From: an uncultured Planctomycetota bacterium
GTDB lineage: Bacteria > Planctomycetota > Planctomycetia > Isosphaerales > Isosphaeraceae
Assembly: GCA_963737655.1 (NCBI GenBank)
Contig: CAVTTN010000002.1
Coordinates: 2,656,001 to 2,720,000, forward strand
Reading direction: 5' to 3'
DNA length: 64,000 bases
Shown piece after piece: positions 11,201-21,663 of the stretch (position 1 is its first letter; each line of letters starts with the position of its first letter). Both the position numbers and the translations under genes were made by a program. The notes below the pieces were generated by a model. It was not told where the DNA came from. It made no database searches and saw nothing but the letters and a program-made list of their open reading frames with translations.

Positions 11201-14200
11201 CCCGGGGTCCGGCGGCCGGGACGGAGGTCCTCGGTGCCCTGGGACTTGGGGCGTGGCCCCTGGAAGGTGTGGTGATGCTCTCCGACCGCCCGCCGCCGAC
11301 GGCCGAGGCCGATCCCGAGGGCCGGTCGGCCTGGGCCGCCACGGTTCGGGCCGCGATCGTCGAGGGCTCCGACCCGGCCGATCGGTTCCAGGCCGTCGAG
11401 CGATGGGCTCGCGAGGCCGCGCCTCCTCCCCCGGCCGACGACCCGCCGGATTCCGGCCGGATCGTGGCCCTGGAAGCGGCCGGGTGGCCCGATCGCGGGG
11501 CGACCGTGACCCTGGACGACCGATCGGCGAGGCGGACCCGGGCCGTCCTCCTCTTCGCGGCCGTCGTGGGCCTGGGCGCGGCCTCGGGGCGTCGGCGGAT
11601 GCGAATCCGGGCCGGGATCTGGGCGCTGGGGACGCTCTCAGCGGCTGGAATCCTGGCGATCGGCCCGGCCGCGCTTCGCGAGGCCGCGTCGGCCGTCCTC
11701 TGGGGCGCCGTGGCAGTCCCGGCGATCTGGCTCGGACGGTCCATCCGTTCCGATCGGCCGGGACCGGGCCGGGACCCGCGCTCCCGGGCCTCTCGGCGGC
11801 CCTCGATGCGATCGGGCTCGACCCTGGCCGTCCTCGTCGCGACGTCCTGGGTCGTCGGCGCCCCGAGGGCCGACGACCCGGCGGGCGAGCCGCCGATCCT
11901 GGCGTTGATCCCCTACGATCCGCCGCTCGACCCCGAGCGGCCGGGGAAGGACGTCCTGTTGCGGCTGGAGGATGACGCCCGCCTCCGAAAACGGGCGACC
12001 GCCGCCGAGGACCGGCCCTCGACGTCCGCCGGGGTCTTCGGCGCCTCGCACCGGATCGCGGCCGACGGCCCGTCGGAGGCCCGGATCACCAGCGAGTTCG
12101 ACCTTGTGCTCGGGCCGACCGACGGCTCGGAATGGTCGTTTCCGATCGAGGGGGCCCGGGACGTGTCGGCCCGGCTCGACGGCAAGGACATCCCGGTCCG
12201 GATCACCTCGGGGGGCAAGTCGGGGACGATTTCGCTCGCGGGCGAGGGCGTCCACAAGCTGACCGTCGATCGGAGGATGGCCCGGACGAAGCAGGAGGGC
12301 GGCACCGGGCTCCGCCTGAGCGTCCCCCCGGTGGCGACGGCACGGGTCGCGGTCGAGGCGACGGCTCCGGGAGAGGCCGTGGACGTGCCCAACGCCCGGG
12401 GGCGCCTGGCGGAAATGGGCGGCGGGGTGGCCGGGCCTCTCGGGCCGGTCGGCTCGGTGGAAGTCCGGTGGACCCCCCGGGAGGCGGCGGGCCGGAGCCG
12501 ACCCCGCGGGGAGGTGGACGTCCTGGCCCTCTGGGACGTGGAGCCGGCCGGAGACCACGTGAGGCTCCGGCTGTCCCCGGCCTCGGCCGAGGGGCTGTCC
12601 CGCGCGGTGGTGAAGCTGGGGCCGGGGGTGCTGGTCCGGTCGTCGAGCCTCCCCGGCCGCCTTGTCCAGGACGAGAAGGGTTCGACCTGGTCGGCCCGGC
12701 TCGACCCGCCCCGGAAACCCGGCGAGTCGATCGCCCTGGAACTCTGGAAGGCCGCCCCGCCGATTTCCGCCCCGTCCGCGACGCCCTCGCCCAGACGGTT
12801 GCCTCGATTCGAGCTCTCCGAATTCGAGAAGGTCACGGGCCTGCTCGGGGTCCGGAGGCCGGGCGAGTGGACCGGGAGGCTCGGGCCGGCCCCGGGACGC
12901 GAGGCGGTCGCCGACGACGTGTTCGACCGGGCCTGGGGGCCGTTGCCGGCCGGAGGAGGGACGCTCGCCGGGGCCTTCCGGTTCGCCGGCTCGCCCGAGC
13001 TGGACTTCCCCACCGGCCCCGAAGCCCCGCGATCGGTCGTCCAGCCGGCCGTGCTCCTGGAGATCGGCCCGGGACGGCTCGACCTCCATTTCGAGGCCGC
13101 CTGGGCCGACCTCGCCGGCCGGACCCGGGAGGTCCGCGTCCGGGTGCCCAGAGACCTCCGCGTGGTCCGGGTCGAGGCCCCCGGATTGACCGACTGGGGC
13201 CGGTCGGCCGAGGACCGCCTGCGGTTCCGGTTCGACGGCCCGCCCAGCCCGTCGAGGACCATCCGCATCGATGGCTGGGTGCCGATCGACGGCGACCCGA
13301 TGGACCCCGGGACCGCCCGGAACCAGGCGGACGTCCCCTGGCCCGTCCCCCTGGACGCCGACCTCCAGCCCGGGACTCTCGCCGTGGCCGCCCCGGCGAA
13401 CGTCCGGTTCGAGCTCGTCGGGGCGGCCGAGGCGATCCCCTCCGCCCCCGGAGGGCCGATCCGCTCGACCTATCGCGTGCCTCCGGGCGAGGTGCCCGGC
13501 CGATTGGCCTGGGCCGCGGAACCCTCGGGGGTGAACGTCCTGGTCCGCAGCCTGTTGCGGGTCCATCCCGACTCCTCCGAATGGGCGGCCGTGGTCCGCT
13601 ACCGGATTCCCTGGGGCCCCTGCCCTCCGGTCCGACTCCGGTTGCCGACGGAGTGGGCCGAGGCGGCGAGGGTCGAGATCCTCGGCCGCCCCGTCGTGCC
13701 CGAGGCCCTGGTCCAGGGCGATTCGACCGTCTGGACGTTCCGGCCCGAGCCTCCGGCGTGGGGGTCTCTCCAGGTGGCGATCCGGGCGTCTCGCCCCCGG
13801 CCGCCCAAGGCCCCCCTGGCGTTCCCGGACCTCGTCCCCCTGGGCCGGGCCGCCGCCGACCGGGTCGATTCGTACCTCGCCGTGGCCGACGCCTCGGGCC
13901 TGGGCCTCGTCCCCGAAGGCTCCGCGGGCCTCCAGCCGGTCGAGGCGTCGCGCTGGGGCGACGGCGGGTTCCCCCTGCCGGCGGGGACCCGCGGCGTCTA
14001 TCGAGTCCTCAGCGAGGGCTGGTCCCTCCGGCTGATCCCCCGGTCCGAGCCCGCGGGGGAAATCGACGGCCTGTCCGTGCCGACGGTGACCCTCGCCGAC
14101 CTCCTCTGCGTGGTGGCGCCCGACGGCTCCAGCCTCGGCCGGGCCTCGTACCACCTCGACGATCCCTCCTCGGCCTTCCTCCCCCTGATCGTTCCGAACG

Positions 14201-15102
14201 GGATCGAGGCGCTCTCGGCGACCGTGGACGGCTCGGCCGTCTCGCCCAGACGCGACGGCCCCGATCGCCTGCTGATCCCCTTGCCCGACGGCGGGGCGTC
14301 GCGGGTCATCCTGTTGTGGAAGGCCCCGGCGGGCCCGGACCTCCCCGTCCCGGCGCTGATGACCAGGGGCGTGCCGACCCTCCTGGACGTGGCGGCCCCG
14401 GAGGCCGACCTCCTCCGGTCGAGCCTCCCGGCCAGCCCTCCCGACGCCCTCGGCGCCTCGCGGCTGGAGCAGCTCGCCCGGTCGATCGCCGATCGGATCT
14501 CGCGGATCGACCGCGGCTCGACCCGCGACCGCTCGGCGCTCCTCGGCGCCCTGATCCGGTTCGAGGCGACGGCCCGGCAAGTCGATCGGCAGGCGAGGTT
14601 CGCCCGACGAGGGGCCGCCGCGTTGCCCGAGCCGAGGGTCTCGGCCGCGAGGCAGGCGGTGGCCGAGGCGCTCTCGGGTTCGGGCCTGGAGGAATTCGGC
14701 CAATCGGCCCGGAGCCGTGTCGGCGAGGCGATCACCGACCCCATGCCCAGCCTCGCCACGCCGCCCCTCTCGCCCGAGCCCAACAACCTCCGCCGCCTGG
14801 GCAAGTCGAGGACGTTCCAGGGAATCCAGGCCGAGCCCGGAAGGCCCATCAAAGTCTCCCGGACGCCCCGCTCGACCCCAGTTCCCCGCCCGCCCGCCGC
14901 CCGATGGCTCCCGCCGTTGCTGCCGATCCTGGCCGGGCTCGTGCTGGTCGGCCTAATAGGCGGCCGAAGGTCGCGAATCTCCGCGGCGATCCTCACGGCG
15001 GCGGCCTCGGCCACCGCGACGATCCTCGGAGGAGGGCCCCTGGTTGCCGGGATCGCCGCGGGGGCCGTCGTTGTCGGCCTCGGTTGGCGCGGGACGAGGT
15101 GA
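8249..15102 (+). CDS. Very large membrane-anchored hypothetical protein (about 2280 aa) with a frameshift near 8475
   Basis: ATG 8249 gives a signal peptide (MSRLHRPLRLLFPLFLAIVPG) in one frame, while the body continues in the 8200..15102 frame. One extra C in GCGCCCGGG (8471-8479) joins them as APRALRARH. Confidence 0.7.
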
Positions 15103-15136
15103 AATGGATGTTCGGGAAACCGAGAAGCACGCCGTC

Positions 15137-15183
15137 TTGAAAATCCCTTGATGTTTTACAAGAACACGGATTTTCAATCCGTG
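15137..15183. terminator. Hairpin-capable sequence between convergent genes, downstream of the RAYT
   Basis: TTGAAAATCC (15137-15146) and GGATTTTCAA (15168-15177) form an inverted repeat, overlapping a second CACGGAT/ATCCGTG hairpin. Confidence 0.4.
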
Positions 15184-15221
15184 GATCGGCGAAGGAGATG
15201 GGTTCGGGCCTGGTCCCGACT

Positions 15222-15881
15222 TCACGACGCCTTCCTCGGCCGCCCCCGGCCCCGGAGGGTCGATCCCAGGCCGAGCCGCTCGGCGGTGCGGAGGGTCCAT
15301 TCGTCGGAGCCGAAGGGCCGCTCGCGTTCCACGGACACGCGGAGCCGCCGGAGGTCGCCGGCCGACAGCGGCTCGTTGACCCGCTCGACCCATCCCGGCC
15401 CCCGCGGGTCGGGCTCGCCTCGCCAGAGGAGGGCATCTCCCGCGAGCCATCCGGGCAGGCTCGACCACTTCCAGTGCTCGGCCCTTGCGACCAGCTCGGC
15501 CCTCAGGGGGTTGCGCTCGACGTAGCGGAGGACGGCGGCAAGGTGGTCGTCGTCCTGGACGGGGAAGGCCTTGTAGCGGCCCTGCCAGACGTGGCCGGTG
15601 GTGCCGTAGTGTCGGTGATAGCGGAGGGCGTGGGTGGTCAGGAGCCGACGCATCCACCGGCCGAGGTCGCCGTCGGCGTGGGGTCGGAGGACGAGGTGGA
15701 AGTGATTGGGCATCAGGCAGTAGCCGAGGAGGTCCATCGGCAAACGGCGGCAGGAGTCGGCGATGGCCTCGACGAAGGCGTCGTAGTCGGCGGGCTTGTG
15801 GAAGACGGATGCGCGGCGGTTCCCGCGGTTGAGGGCGTGGTAGGGGAGTCCGGCGACGGAGGCGCGAGCGGTGCGTGGCAT
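15222..15881 (-). CDS. REP-associated tyrosine transposase (RAYT; HUH/Y1 transposase)
   Basis: MPRTAR...YHALNRGN, YCLMPNHFHLVL (HUH motif), GHVWQGRYK, YVERNP (catalytic Tyr), WKWSS and C-terminal RGRGRPRK. Confidence 0.92.
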   Translation of the reverse strand: MPRTARASVAGLPYHALNRGNRRASVFHKPADYDAFVEAIADSCRRLPMDLLGYCLMPNHFHLVLRPHADGDLGRWMRRLLTTHALRYHRHYGTTGHVWQGRYKAFPVQDDDHLAAVLRYVERNPLRAELVARAEHWKWSSLPGWLAGDALLWRGEPDPRGPGWVERVNEPLSAGDLRRLRVSVERERPFGSDEWTLRTAERLGLGSTLRGRGRPRKAS

Positions 15882-15887
15882 GTCGGG

Positions 15888-15916
15888 AGTCTAGGAACCA
15901 CGAATCGCGGCGTCAA
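15888..15916 (-). promoter_or_regulatory. Sigma70-type promoter of the RAYT gene; probably leaderless
   Basis: TTGACG (15916-15911), 17 nt, TAGACT (15893-15888), then only 6 nt before the ATG. Confidence 0.75.
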
Positions 15917-15943
15917 TAATTTCCTCCGTCCCCTTTTCCGCCC
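15916..15943. repeat. REP-like motif, site 0 (ATAATTTCCTCCGTCCCCTTTTCCGCCC)
   Basis: Same motif as the clusters at 21.0, 21.8 and 23.1-23.5 kb; abuts the RAYT -35 box. Confidence 0.9.
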
Positions 15944-15968
15944 TTATAATTTTACAGGAATTACTAAT

Positions 15969-16199
15969 ATGCAAAATTCATCACTTTATAATAATCTATA
16001 TGAGTTTTCGTATTACCAGATTAATGACCAGTCCCCTAATACGAAAAACCAGGAGGATGGCAAACAAGAGCCTGCCCAGACGACGCCCCAACCCAAACCT
16101 TCGCCCGCACCTCCAGCTCTTCCTTCCAAACCCCTACCAAATAATGTGATTATACTTGAACCTGCGCTGCGCCAGTATGGAATCCATTTTTTCCCCTAA
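15969..16199 (+). CDS. AT-rich 76-aa orphan ORF or gene remnant
   Basis: MQNSSLYNNLYEFSYYQ...QYGIHFFP. Much more AT-rich than the flanks; its TAA stop lies within the IS target duplication. Confidence 0.3.
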   Translation: MQNSSLYNNLYEFSYYQINDQSPNTKNQEDGKQEPAQTTPQPKPSPAPPALPSKPLPNNVIILEPALRQYGIHFFP

Positions 16200-17814
16200 T
16201 CAGTAGTTTCCCTGGAAATCGACACTCTCGTCGCGACGTCGCGTAGCATCTCCGTCCCCTCGACGCCGCCGAGCGGCTCCCGAGGCCCTGAAAACCAGGC
16301 GTCCGACACCTTGAGTGCGTCGGATCCATCTGCGATACTTCATCGCGGCCTACACTCAGGCCACTTTCTCCTCGTGTTTCAGCCAGTTCGAGAGGAGACG
16401 CTGGATTTCCGGCCGATGACGCCTCAGCAACCGCTCCACGTCCAGCACGCTCGCTCGGTCCTTCTTCTTGTTCCACGGCGGCGGCGACCACCAATCCGTG
16501 CATCCTCGCTCATCCAACGCGAATTGCAACAGCCGCAGCAGGCTCATAGTGATCCATTGCACCTGCGTCGTCCGCTCGATCGGCGACTTCGTCCAGGCTC
16601 GACACTCCTCCCATCCCAGCCTCTGCTTCAGGTCCCGGAACCCGTCCTCCTGGCGGAACCTCGCGGCGAACAACTCGACCATCTCCAACCCGCTCAGACC
16701 CAACGCCGAACTCACCACCGTGAATCGCTTCTGGTAACCCTCGACCTCGGCCACCACCGCCTTGACCGTCACGTCATGTCCGAGCACCCGCCAGAGGCAG
16801 GCGATCTCCTTCCAACGGACCTTTCGCACCCGGCCGTAGATAAAGGCCTCGCCCTTCTTCCAATCCCCGGGCCAGCGTCCCCCCTGGCGAGGCGGGGACA
16901 GCTTCTTGCCCCACACGGGAGTCCGGCCTCGTTTCCCCTTGGGTCGCTTGGCCGGCGGCAGGGCGTGGAGTCGGGCGTCGTGCCGCAACCGGGTCAGGAA
17001 GTCGATGCGAGGCAAGCCCTCTTCGGCCATGACCAGTGGCCGAACGACATTCTTCAGGGCGTAGCCGCCGTCGAAGACGCCCAGGTGAGGCCCGGCGTTG
17101 ATCCGGGCCTGTTCCCGCAGCAGTTCGACGGCCAGTTCGCACTTGGTCCGGAAGACCTGCTTGGGGCCGGCGACGCCACAGCGGAAGGGGAGTTGCGACT
17201 TGCGGAAGTAGAGCCGCCCGGAGATCGGCAGATACCAGGCGGGCTGGCCATCGTTCTTGAGCAAGGCCCCGAGGCAGACCCAGTTGTGAGCCCGGACGGT
17301 GGTGGCCCGGTTGGGACAGCGAGCGGTGTATTCGTGGAAGGTGCATGTGCCCCAGACGTGCTCGCCCGAGCGATGGACCTTGGTGTCATCGACGGCCGAG
17401 ATCCGATAGCCGTGCCAGATCCGGCCGGGAGCCTCGTCGATGAGTCCGGAGAGGTTGCTGGTGAGGATCTCGGGCTTCCAGACGGCGTACTCGGCGAAGG
17501 ATTCCAGGGCCTTCCAGTCGGCCAGTCGCTCGATGGCGACGACCGACTGGGTGATGGTGTGCTCCTCGACGTTGAGGGATAGAGCGGTGACCCACTCGAC
17601 GAAGCGGCGGTAGCCGGGTCGAGTGAATGCGGAGGCGAAGGGTTTGAGGAGTAGTTGCCAGAGGGACCAGACGACTGTAGCCTGCCGCATCGGGGCATCT
17701 CCGTTTGCGGAGTTGATGGGAGGGTAAGCACCCATCAAGGTCCGCTGGGGAGATGCCCCGCTCAAGATATACGGAACTTCAGATCGGTTGCTCGATTTTC
17801 AGGGAAACTACTGG
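16200..17814 (-). mobile_element. IS701-family insertion sequence, apparently complete
   Basis: 22-bp inverted ends CAGTAGTTTCCCTGGAAATCGA (16201-16222) and TCGATTTTCAGGGAAACTACTG (17792-17813), one mismatch. Flanked by CTAA at 16196-16199 and 17815-17818, fitting the 4-bp YTAR target of IS701. Confidence 0.88.
16356..17690 (-). CDS. DDE transposase (IS701-like)
   Basis: AVDDTKVHRSG, VFDGGY and RFRQEDGFRDLKQRLG motifs; lies inside the inverted ends. Confidence 0.9.
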   Translation of the reverse strand: MRQATVVWSLWQLLLKPFASAFTRPGYRRFVEWVTALSLNVEEHTITQSVVAIERLADWKALESFAEYAVWKPEILTSNLSGLIDEAPGRIWHGYRISAVDDTKVHRSGEHVWGTCTFHEYTARCPNRATTVRAHNWVCLGALLKNDGQPAWYLPISGRLYFRKSQLPFRCGVAGPKQVFRTKCELAVELLREQARINAGPHLGVFDGGYALKNVVRPLVMAEEGLPRIDFLTRLRHDARLHALPPAKRPKGKRGRTPVWGKKLSPPRQGGRWPGDWKKGEAFIYGRVRKVRWKEIACLWRVLGHDVTVKAVVAEVEGYQKRFTVVSSALGLSGLEMVELFAARFRQEDGFRDLKQRLGWEECRAWTKSPIERTTQVQWITMSLLRLLQFALDERGCTDWWSPPPWNKKKDRASVLDVERLLRRHRPEIQRLLSNWLKHEEKVA

Positions 17815-17930
17815 CTAATGGTCTCTTCAGATTTCCGGGGGGTATACCCCGGCCAGATCAGGTGGAGTAAACTCGGACGATTGCTGCGGGGCTCATGGTC
17901 AACACACCCTCTCCGACACGGGCCGGTTTG

Positions 17931-20900
17931 ATGTCGAAGATTGCGAATGAACGCAGCCTCCTGTTCGGGTTGCTCGCGCTTCAGAATGACCTGATCGCGC
18001 CCTCGCAACTGGTCGCGGCGTTCCACGCCTGGAGCCGCGACGCCGCCCGGCCGATGGCGGAGAGCCTTCGCGAGCAGGGGGCGCTCGACGACAGCGACGT
18101 CGGTCTGATCGAGGCCCTGGTTGCCAAGCATATCGCCCGCCACGATCACGACACGGAGAAAAGCCTGGCGGCCGTCGTGATCCCGGCGGCCGTTCGTCAG
18201 GAGATCGGGACCGTCGAGGCCCCGGACGTCGAAGCGACCCTGGCGCGAGTCACGGTCCGGGGCCCCTCCGAGAACACGATGTCTTATGTGGCGTCCCCCG
18301 CCGTCTCGGGGCGATTCCGGGTCGTCCGGCCTCACGCCAGCGGCGGCCTGGGGGACGTCTCCGTAGCGCTCGACGCCGAGCTCAATCGCCACGTCGCGCT
18401 CAAGGAGATCCGCGGCAAGTTCGCGAGCGACCCGATGTGCCAGGCCCGCTTCCTGCTCGAGGCGGAGATCACCGGCTCTCTCGAACATCCCGGGGTCGTC
18501 CCCATCTACTCCCTGGGCCGGAACCCCGACGGTCACCCGTTTTATGCGATGCGGTTCATCAAGGGGGAGAGCCTGAAGGAGGCAAGCGACCGGTTCCACG
18601 ACCCGAAGGCGCCTCCTCGCGAGGAGGGCGAACGGTCGCTGGCCCTCCGCCAGCTTCTGAGGCGGTTCGTGGACGTGTGCAACACGATCGCCTATGCGCA
18701 CAGCCGGGGCGTCATCCACCGCGACGTGAAGCCGGCGAATCTCCTCCTCGGGCCGTATGGCGAGACGCTCGTCGTGGACTGGGGGCTGGCCAAGGTCGTC
18801 GGGCGAGGCGGCGCCCGCGATGCGCCTCGTTCGGCCGAGGCGTCCTTGCATCCTTCGGCCAGCGGGGCGGCGGAGACCGTCGACGGCTCAGCGATGGGGA
18901 CTCCGGCCTACATGAGCCCCGAGCAGGCCGCCGGGGAGCTCGACCGCCTTGGGCCGGCGAGCGACGTCTACAGCCTCGGCGCGACGCTCTTTTACGTCCT
19001 GACCGGCAAGCCGCCGTTCGAAGGGGAGGTGGCGGAGGTGTTGCGGAGGGTCCGCGTCGGCGATTTCCGGCCCCCTCGGCAGGTCAAGGCCGACGTCCCG
19101 GCGTCACTCGAGGCGATCTGCATGAAGGCGATGGCGCTCCGTCCCGAGGATCGCTATGCGTCGGCCCGCGCCCCGGCCGACGACGTCGATCACTGGCTGG
19201 CCGACGAGCCGGTCTCCGCCCGGGTCGAGCCCTGGACGGCTCGGGGCCGGCGCTGGGTCCGTCGCCATCAGGTGGGGGTCGCGGTCGGCGTGCTCGCCGC
19301 GGCGCTCGCGGGCGTCTCCGCGGCGGCCGTCGCCCTGATCAGCGACTCCGCCCGACGCTCCGAGCACACGGCCCGGCTCGCCCTCGACCGGTCACTCAAG
19401 GGTGAGGTCGCCGCCCACGCCGAGGCCAGGGACCGACTCTTCGAGGCCGGTCGTGTCATCGACAAGTTCCTCACGAACGTCAGCTACGACCTGGCCCGCA
19501 TCCCGGGCACCCAGCCGCTCCGCATGAAGATGCTGGCCGCCGCCGCCGCCCACTTCGAGACGCTCGCGAAGGAAGATCCCGCGGGATCGTTTTATGCGAA
19601 GGCCCAGGGCGCGAACAGCCTCTATCGCGTGGGCCAGCTCCGCCGACAGATGGGGGACGTCAAGGGCGGGATGGGTGCCCTGGGCGACGCAATCGCGCGC
19701 TATCTCGACCTGGAGAAGGAAAATGGCACGAGCCCCGTCACGCTCGACGGGCTCGGCAACTCCTACATCGAGCTCGGCCTGGCCCGCCGCGACCTCGGCG
19801 ACCTGAAGGGGGCCGAGGAGTCCTGGCGGCTCGCCATCACGGCCCACGAGGCCGAGAGGAAGTTCAAACCGTCCGACCCGGGGGTACTCACCAATATCAC
19901 GTCCAGCACGACGAACCTCGGCCTCGCCGCGGGCGACCTCGGGGATTCCGACGCCGCGCTCGCGGCCTTCCGAAGGGTCGTCGAGCTGCGGAGCGGGGCC
20001 TTGAAGATTCGCCCGGATTTCCCCCTCTACGAGAACTTCCTGGGATCGGCCCATTCCGTGCTCGGATCGACCCTCCACGATTGCGGACAACTCTCGAAGT
20101 CCCTGGACTCCCTGAAGGAGGCGATCCGGATTCGCGAGAGACTCCTCGCGCGCGAGCCTGAGAATCCGGACCTCGTCTCCGGCCTCCTCTGGAGCCGAAC
20201 CAGCGAATCGGCGGTGCTCCGGGACCTCGGCCGTCTTGACGAGGCCGCCGAGCTGGTCCGTCAGGGCGAAGATCGTGCGAAATCGCTTCTCGGCAGTAGC
20301 CCCGGCATCCCCGAATATCTCGAATTGTTGGGTCAGCTTCAGGTCGATCGGGCCCGCGTGGCGCTCGCAAGAAATCATCCCGACGAGGCGGAGGCCGCGT
20401 CGCGACGGGCTGTGGCCACCTTCGGCCTCGCGGTCGATCGCCAGCCGGACTTCCCGGCCATCCGGTCCCAATGGGACGAGACGAGAATCCTGCTCGCCGA
20501 GAGCCTGCGCAAGCTCGATCGCCCCCGGGACGCGCTCGACGACCTCGAACGCGTGATGAAGGACCTCGATACCCTGGCGGAAAAATTCCCCCATCTGCGC
20601 CGGATCGCCGCACGCCGGGCCTCGGCCCATGCCCAGCATGGTGCCCTCCTCGCCGCCATTCAACCCGACGACCCGGCCGAGGCGGCGCTCCGCGACGCGA
20701 CCGAGAGGGCCGCCGACCTGGCGCGTCGATTCCCGACCTATCACGAATATCACGGCCGTGCCGCCGAGGCGGCCCACGACCTGGCGCTCTTGCTGGTCGC
20801 CAGGAAGAAGGCGAAAGAGGCGGAGGCGGCCTACGAACTCGCCCTCCGACATCAGGCCGACGCGGTGAAGCTCTGCCCCGAGGCCTCCGCGTATCGCGAC

Positions 20901-20975
20901 CGCCTCGCCGCCTATCAAAGCGCTCGCGAGGAGCTCGCCAGCGTCCCGGCTTCGGCCGCTCCTGTCCCTCGTTAA
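17931..20975 (+). CDS. Ser/Thr protein kinase with a TM segment and TPR repeats (planctomycete type)
   Basis: GGLGDV, VALKE, HRDVKPAN, VVDWGLAK and GTPAYMSPEQ motifs, then a hydrophobic segment and TPR-like helices. Alternative start at 17895. Confidence 0.93.
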   Translation: MSKIANERSLLFGLLALQNDLIAPSQLVAAFHAWSRDAARPMAESLREQGALDDSDVGLIEALVAKHIARHDHDTEKSLAAVVIPAAVRQEIGTVEAPDVEATLARVTVRGPSENTMSYVASPAVSGRFRVVRPHASGGLGDVSVALDAELNRHVALKEIRGKFASDPMCQARFLLEAEITGSLEHPGVVPIYSLGRNPDGHPFYAMRFIKGESLKEASDRFHDPKAPPREEGERSLALRQLLRRFVDVCNTIAYAHSRGVIHRDVKPANLLLGPYGETLVVDWGLAKVVGRGGARDAPRSAEASLHPSASGAAETVDGSAMGTPAYMSPEQAAGELDRLGPASDVYSLGATLFYVLTGKPPFEGEVAEVLRRVRVGDFRPPRQVKADVPASLEAICMKAMALRPEDRYASARAPADDVDHWLADEPVSARVEPWTARGRRWVRRHQVGVAVGVLAAALAGVSAAAVALISDSARRSEHTARLALDRSLKGEVAAHAEARDRLFEAGRVIDKFLTNVSYDLARIPGTQPLRMKMLAAAAAHFETLAKEDPAGSFYAKAQGANSLYRVGQLRRQMGDVKGGMGALGDAIARYLDLEKENGTSPVTLDGLGNSYIELGLARRDLGDLKGAEESWRLAITAHEAERKFKPSDPGVLTNITSSTTNLGLAAGDLGDSDAALAAFRRVVELRSGALKIRPDFPLYENFLGSAHSVLGSTLHDCGQLSKSLDSLKEAIRIRERLLAREPENPDLVSGLLWSRTSESAVLRDLGRLDEAAELVRQGEDRAKSLLGSSPGIPEYLELLGQLQVDRARVALARNHPDEAEAASRRAVATFGLAVDRQPDFPAIRSQWDETRILLAESLRKLDRPRDALDDLERVMKDLDTLAEKFPHLRRIAARRASAHAQHGALLAAIQPDDPAEAALRDATERAADLARRFPTYHEYHGRAAEAAHDLALLLVARKKAKEAEAAYELALRHQADAVKLCPEASAYRDRLAAYQSAREELASVPASAAPVPR

Positions 20976-20982
20976 CGCGGAA

Positions 20983-21104
20983 GACCCGGAAAAGGGGAAG
21001 ATCCGGAAAAGGGGAAGACCCGGAAAAGGGGACGACGACCCGGAAAAGGGGACGGAGGAAATTTCAGCTGGAAATAATTTCCTCCGTCCCCTTTTCCGGG
21101 TCGT
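20983..21104. repeat. REP-like site 1: four tandem copies plus a perfect 29-bp inverted pair
   Basis: GA(C/T)CCGGAAAAGGGGA occurs 4 times. Arm 21035-21063 is the exact reverse complement of 21076-21104, with a 12-nt loop. Confidence 0.95.
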
Positions 21105-21146
21105 TTTCGGTCCCCGCACGAAAACGCTGACAAGAGCCAAATCGGT

Positions 21147-21356
21147 TCACGAGGAGGAGGTCTTATGCGCGGCCATGAGTTGGCGGACGGCCGGAAGAAG
21201 TTCCTCGGGGATCGTGATGACGGTCTGCCCGACCTGCTCGGTCATCGCCGCCTCGTCATCGGCCACCTGCTCGTCCTCGGTCATGCTCTCGTAGTAATCG
21301 ATCAATTTCTTGACACGATCCGCGTCCCAGCCGGCCGGGAATCTCGACTCACTCAT
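21147..21356 (-). CDS. Putative antitoxin (small acidic protein)
   Basis: 69 aa (FPAGWDADRVKKLIDYYESMTEDEQVADDEAA); overlaps the upstream toxin-like gene by ATGA. Confidence 0.65.
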   Translation of the reverse strand: MSESRFPAGWDADRVKKLIDYYESMTEDEQVADDEAAMTEQVGQTVITIPEELLPAVRQLMAAHKTSSS

Positions 21357-21628
21357 CGCCTCTTCCTCCGTCGATACGCCTGGAGTGCTTTACCCCGGAT
21401 CTCGTAGGCCGTAACCACGAAGACGCCATCGCCTTCTTGGTCGGGAACAAAGATGACGTGCAGGTATCGCCCGGAACACGTCTGCCCCAACACATGGCGG
21501 GAAGCGTCTCGGCCCGAGCGATCCTCGCCGGGATGCCGCAACACGTACTCCACCTCGTCCTCAGTGACCCCATGCCCGTAGATGTGCGGCAGGCCGGAAT
21601 CCGGGTCGAAGTGGTAACGAACATCCAT
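21353..21628 (-). CDS. Putative BrnT/DUF4258-like (RelE-fold) toxin
   Basis: HIYGHGVTEDEVEYVL...GQTCSGRYLHVIF...VFVVTAY with a basic tail; toxin-first two-gene layout. Confidence 0.72.
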   Translation of the reverse strand: MDVRYHFDPDSGLPHIYGHGVTEDEVEYVLRHPGEDRSGRDASRHVLGQTCSGRYLHVIFVPDQEGDGVFVVTAYEIRGKALQAYRRRKRR

Positions 21629-21663
21629 TGGCGAGCCTCGACGGCCCTAGGGAACACGCCCTC

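Noticed and set aside
15222..15881. IS200/IS605 TnpA with TnpB
   Set aside because: The length (219 aa), NRGN, WQGRY and WSS motifs and basic tail fit RAYT-type Y1 enzymes; no tnpB is adjacent.
15198..15968. 333-aa plus-strand ORF across the RAYT
   Set aside because: It is an antisense shadow of the RAYT that reads through the repeat; only the last 76 codons were kept, as a weak candidate.
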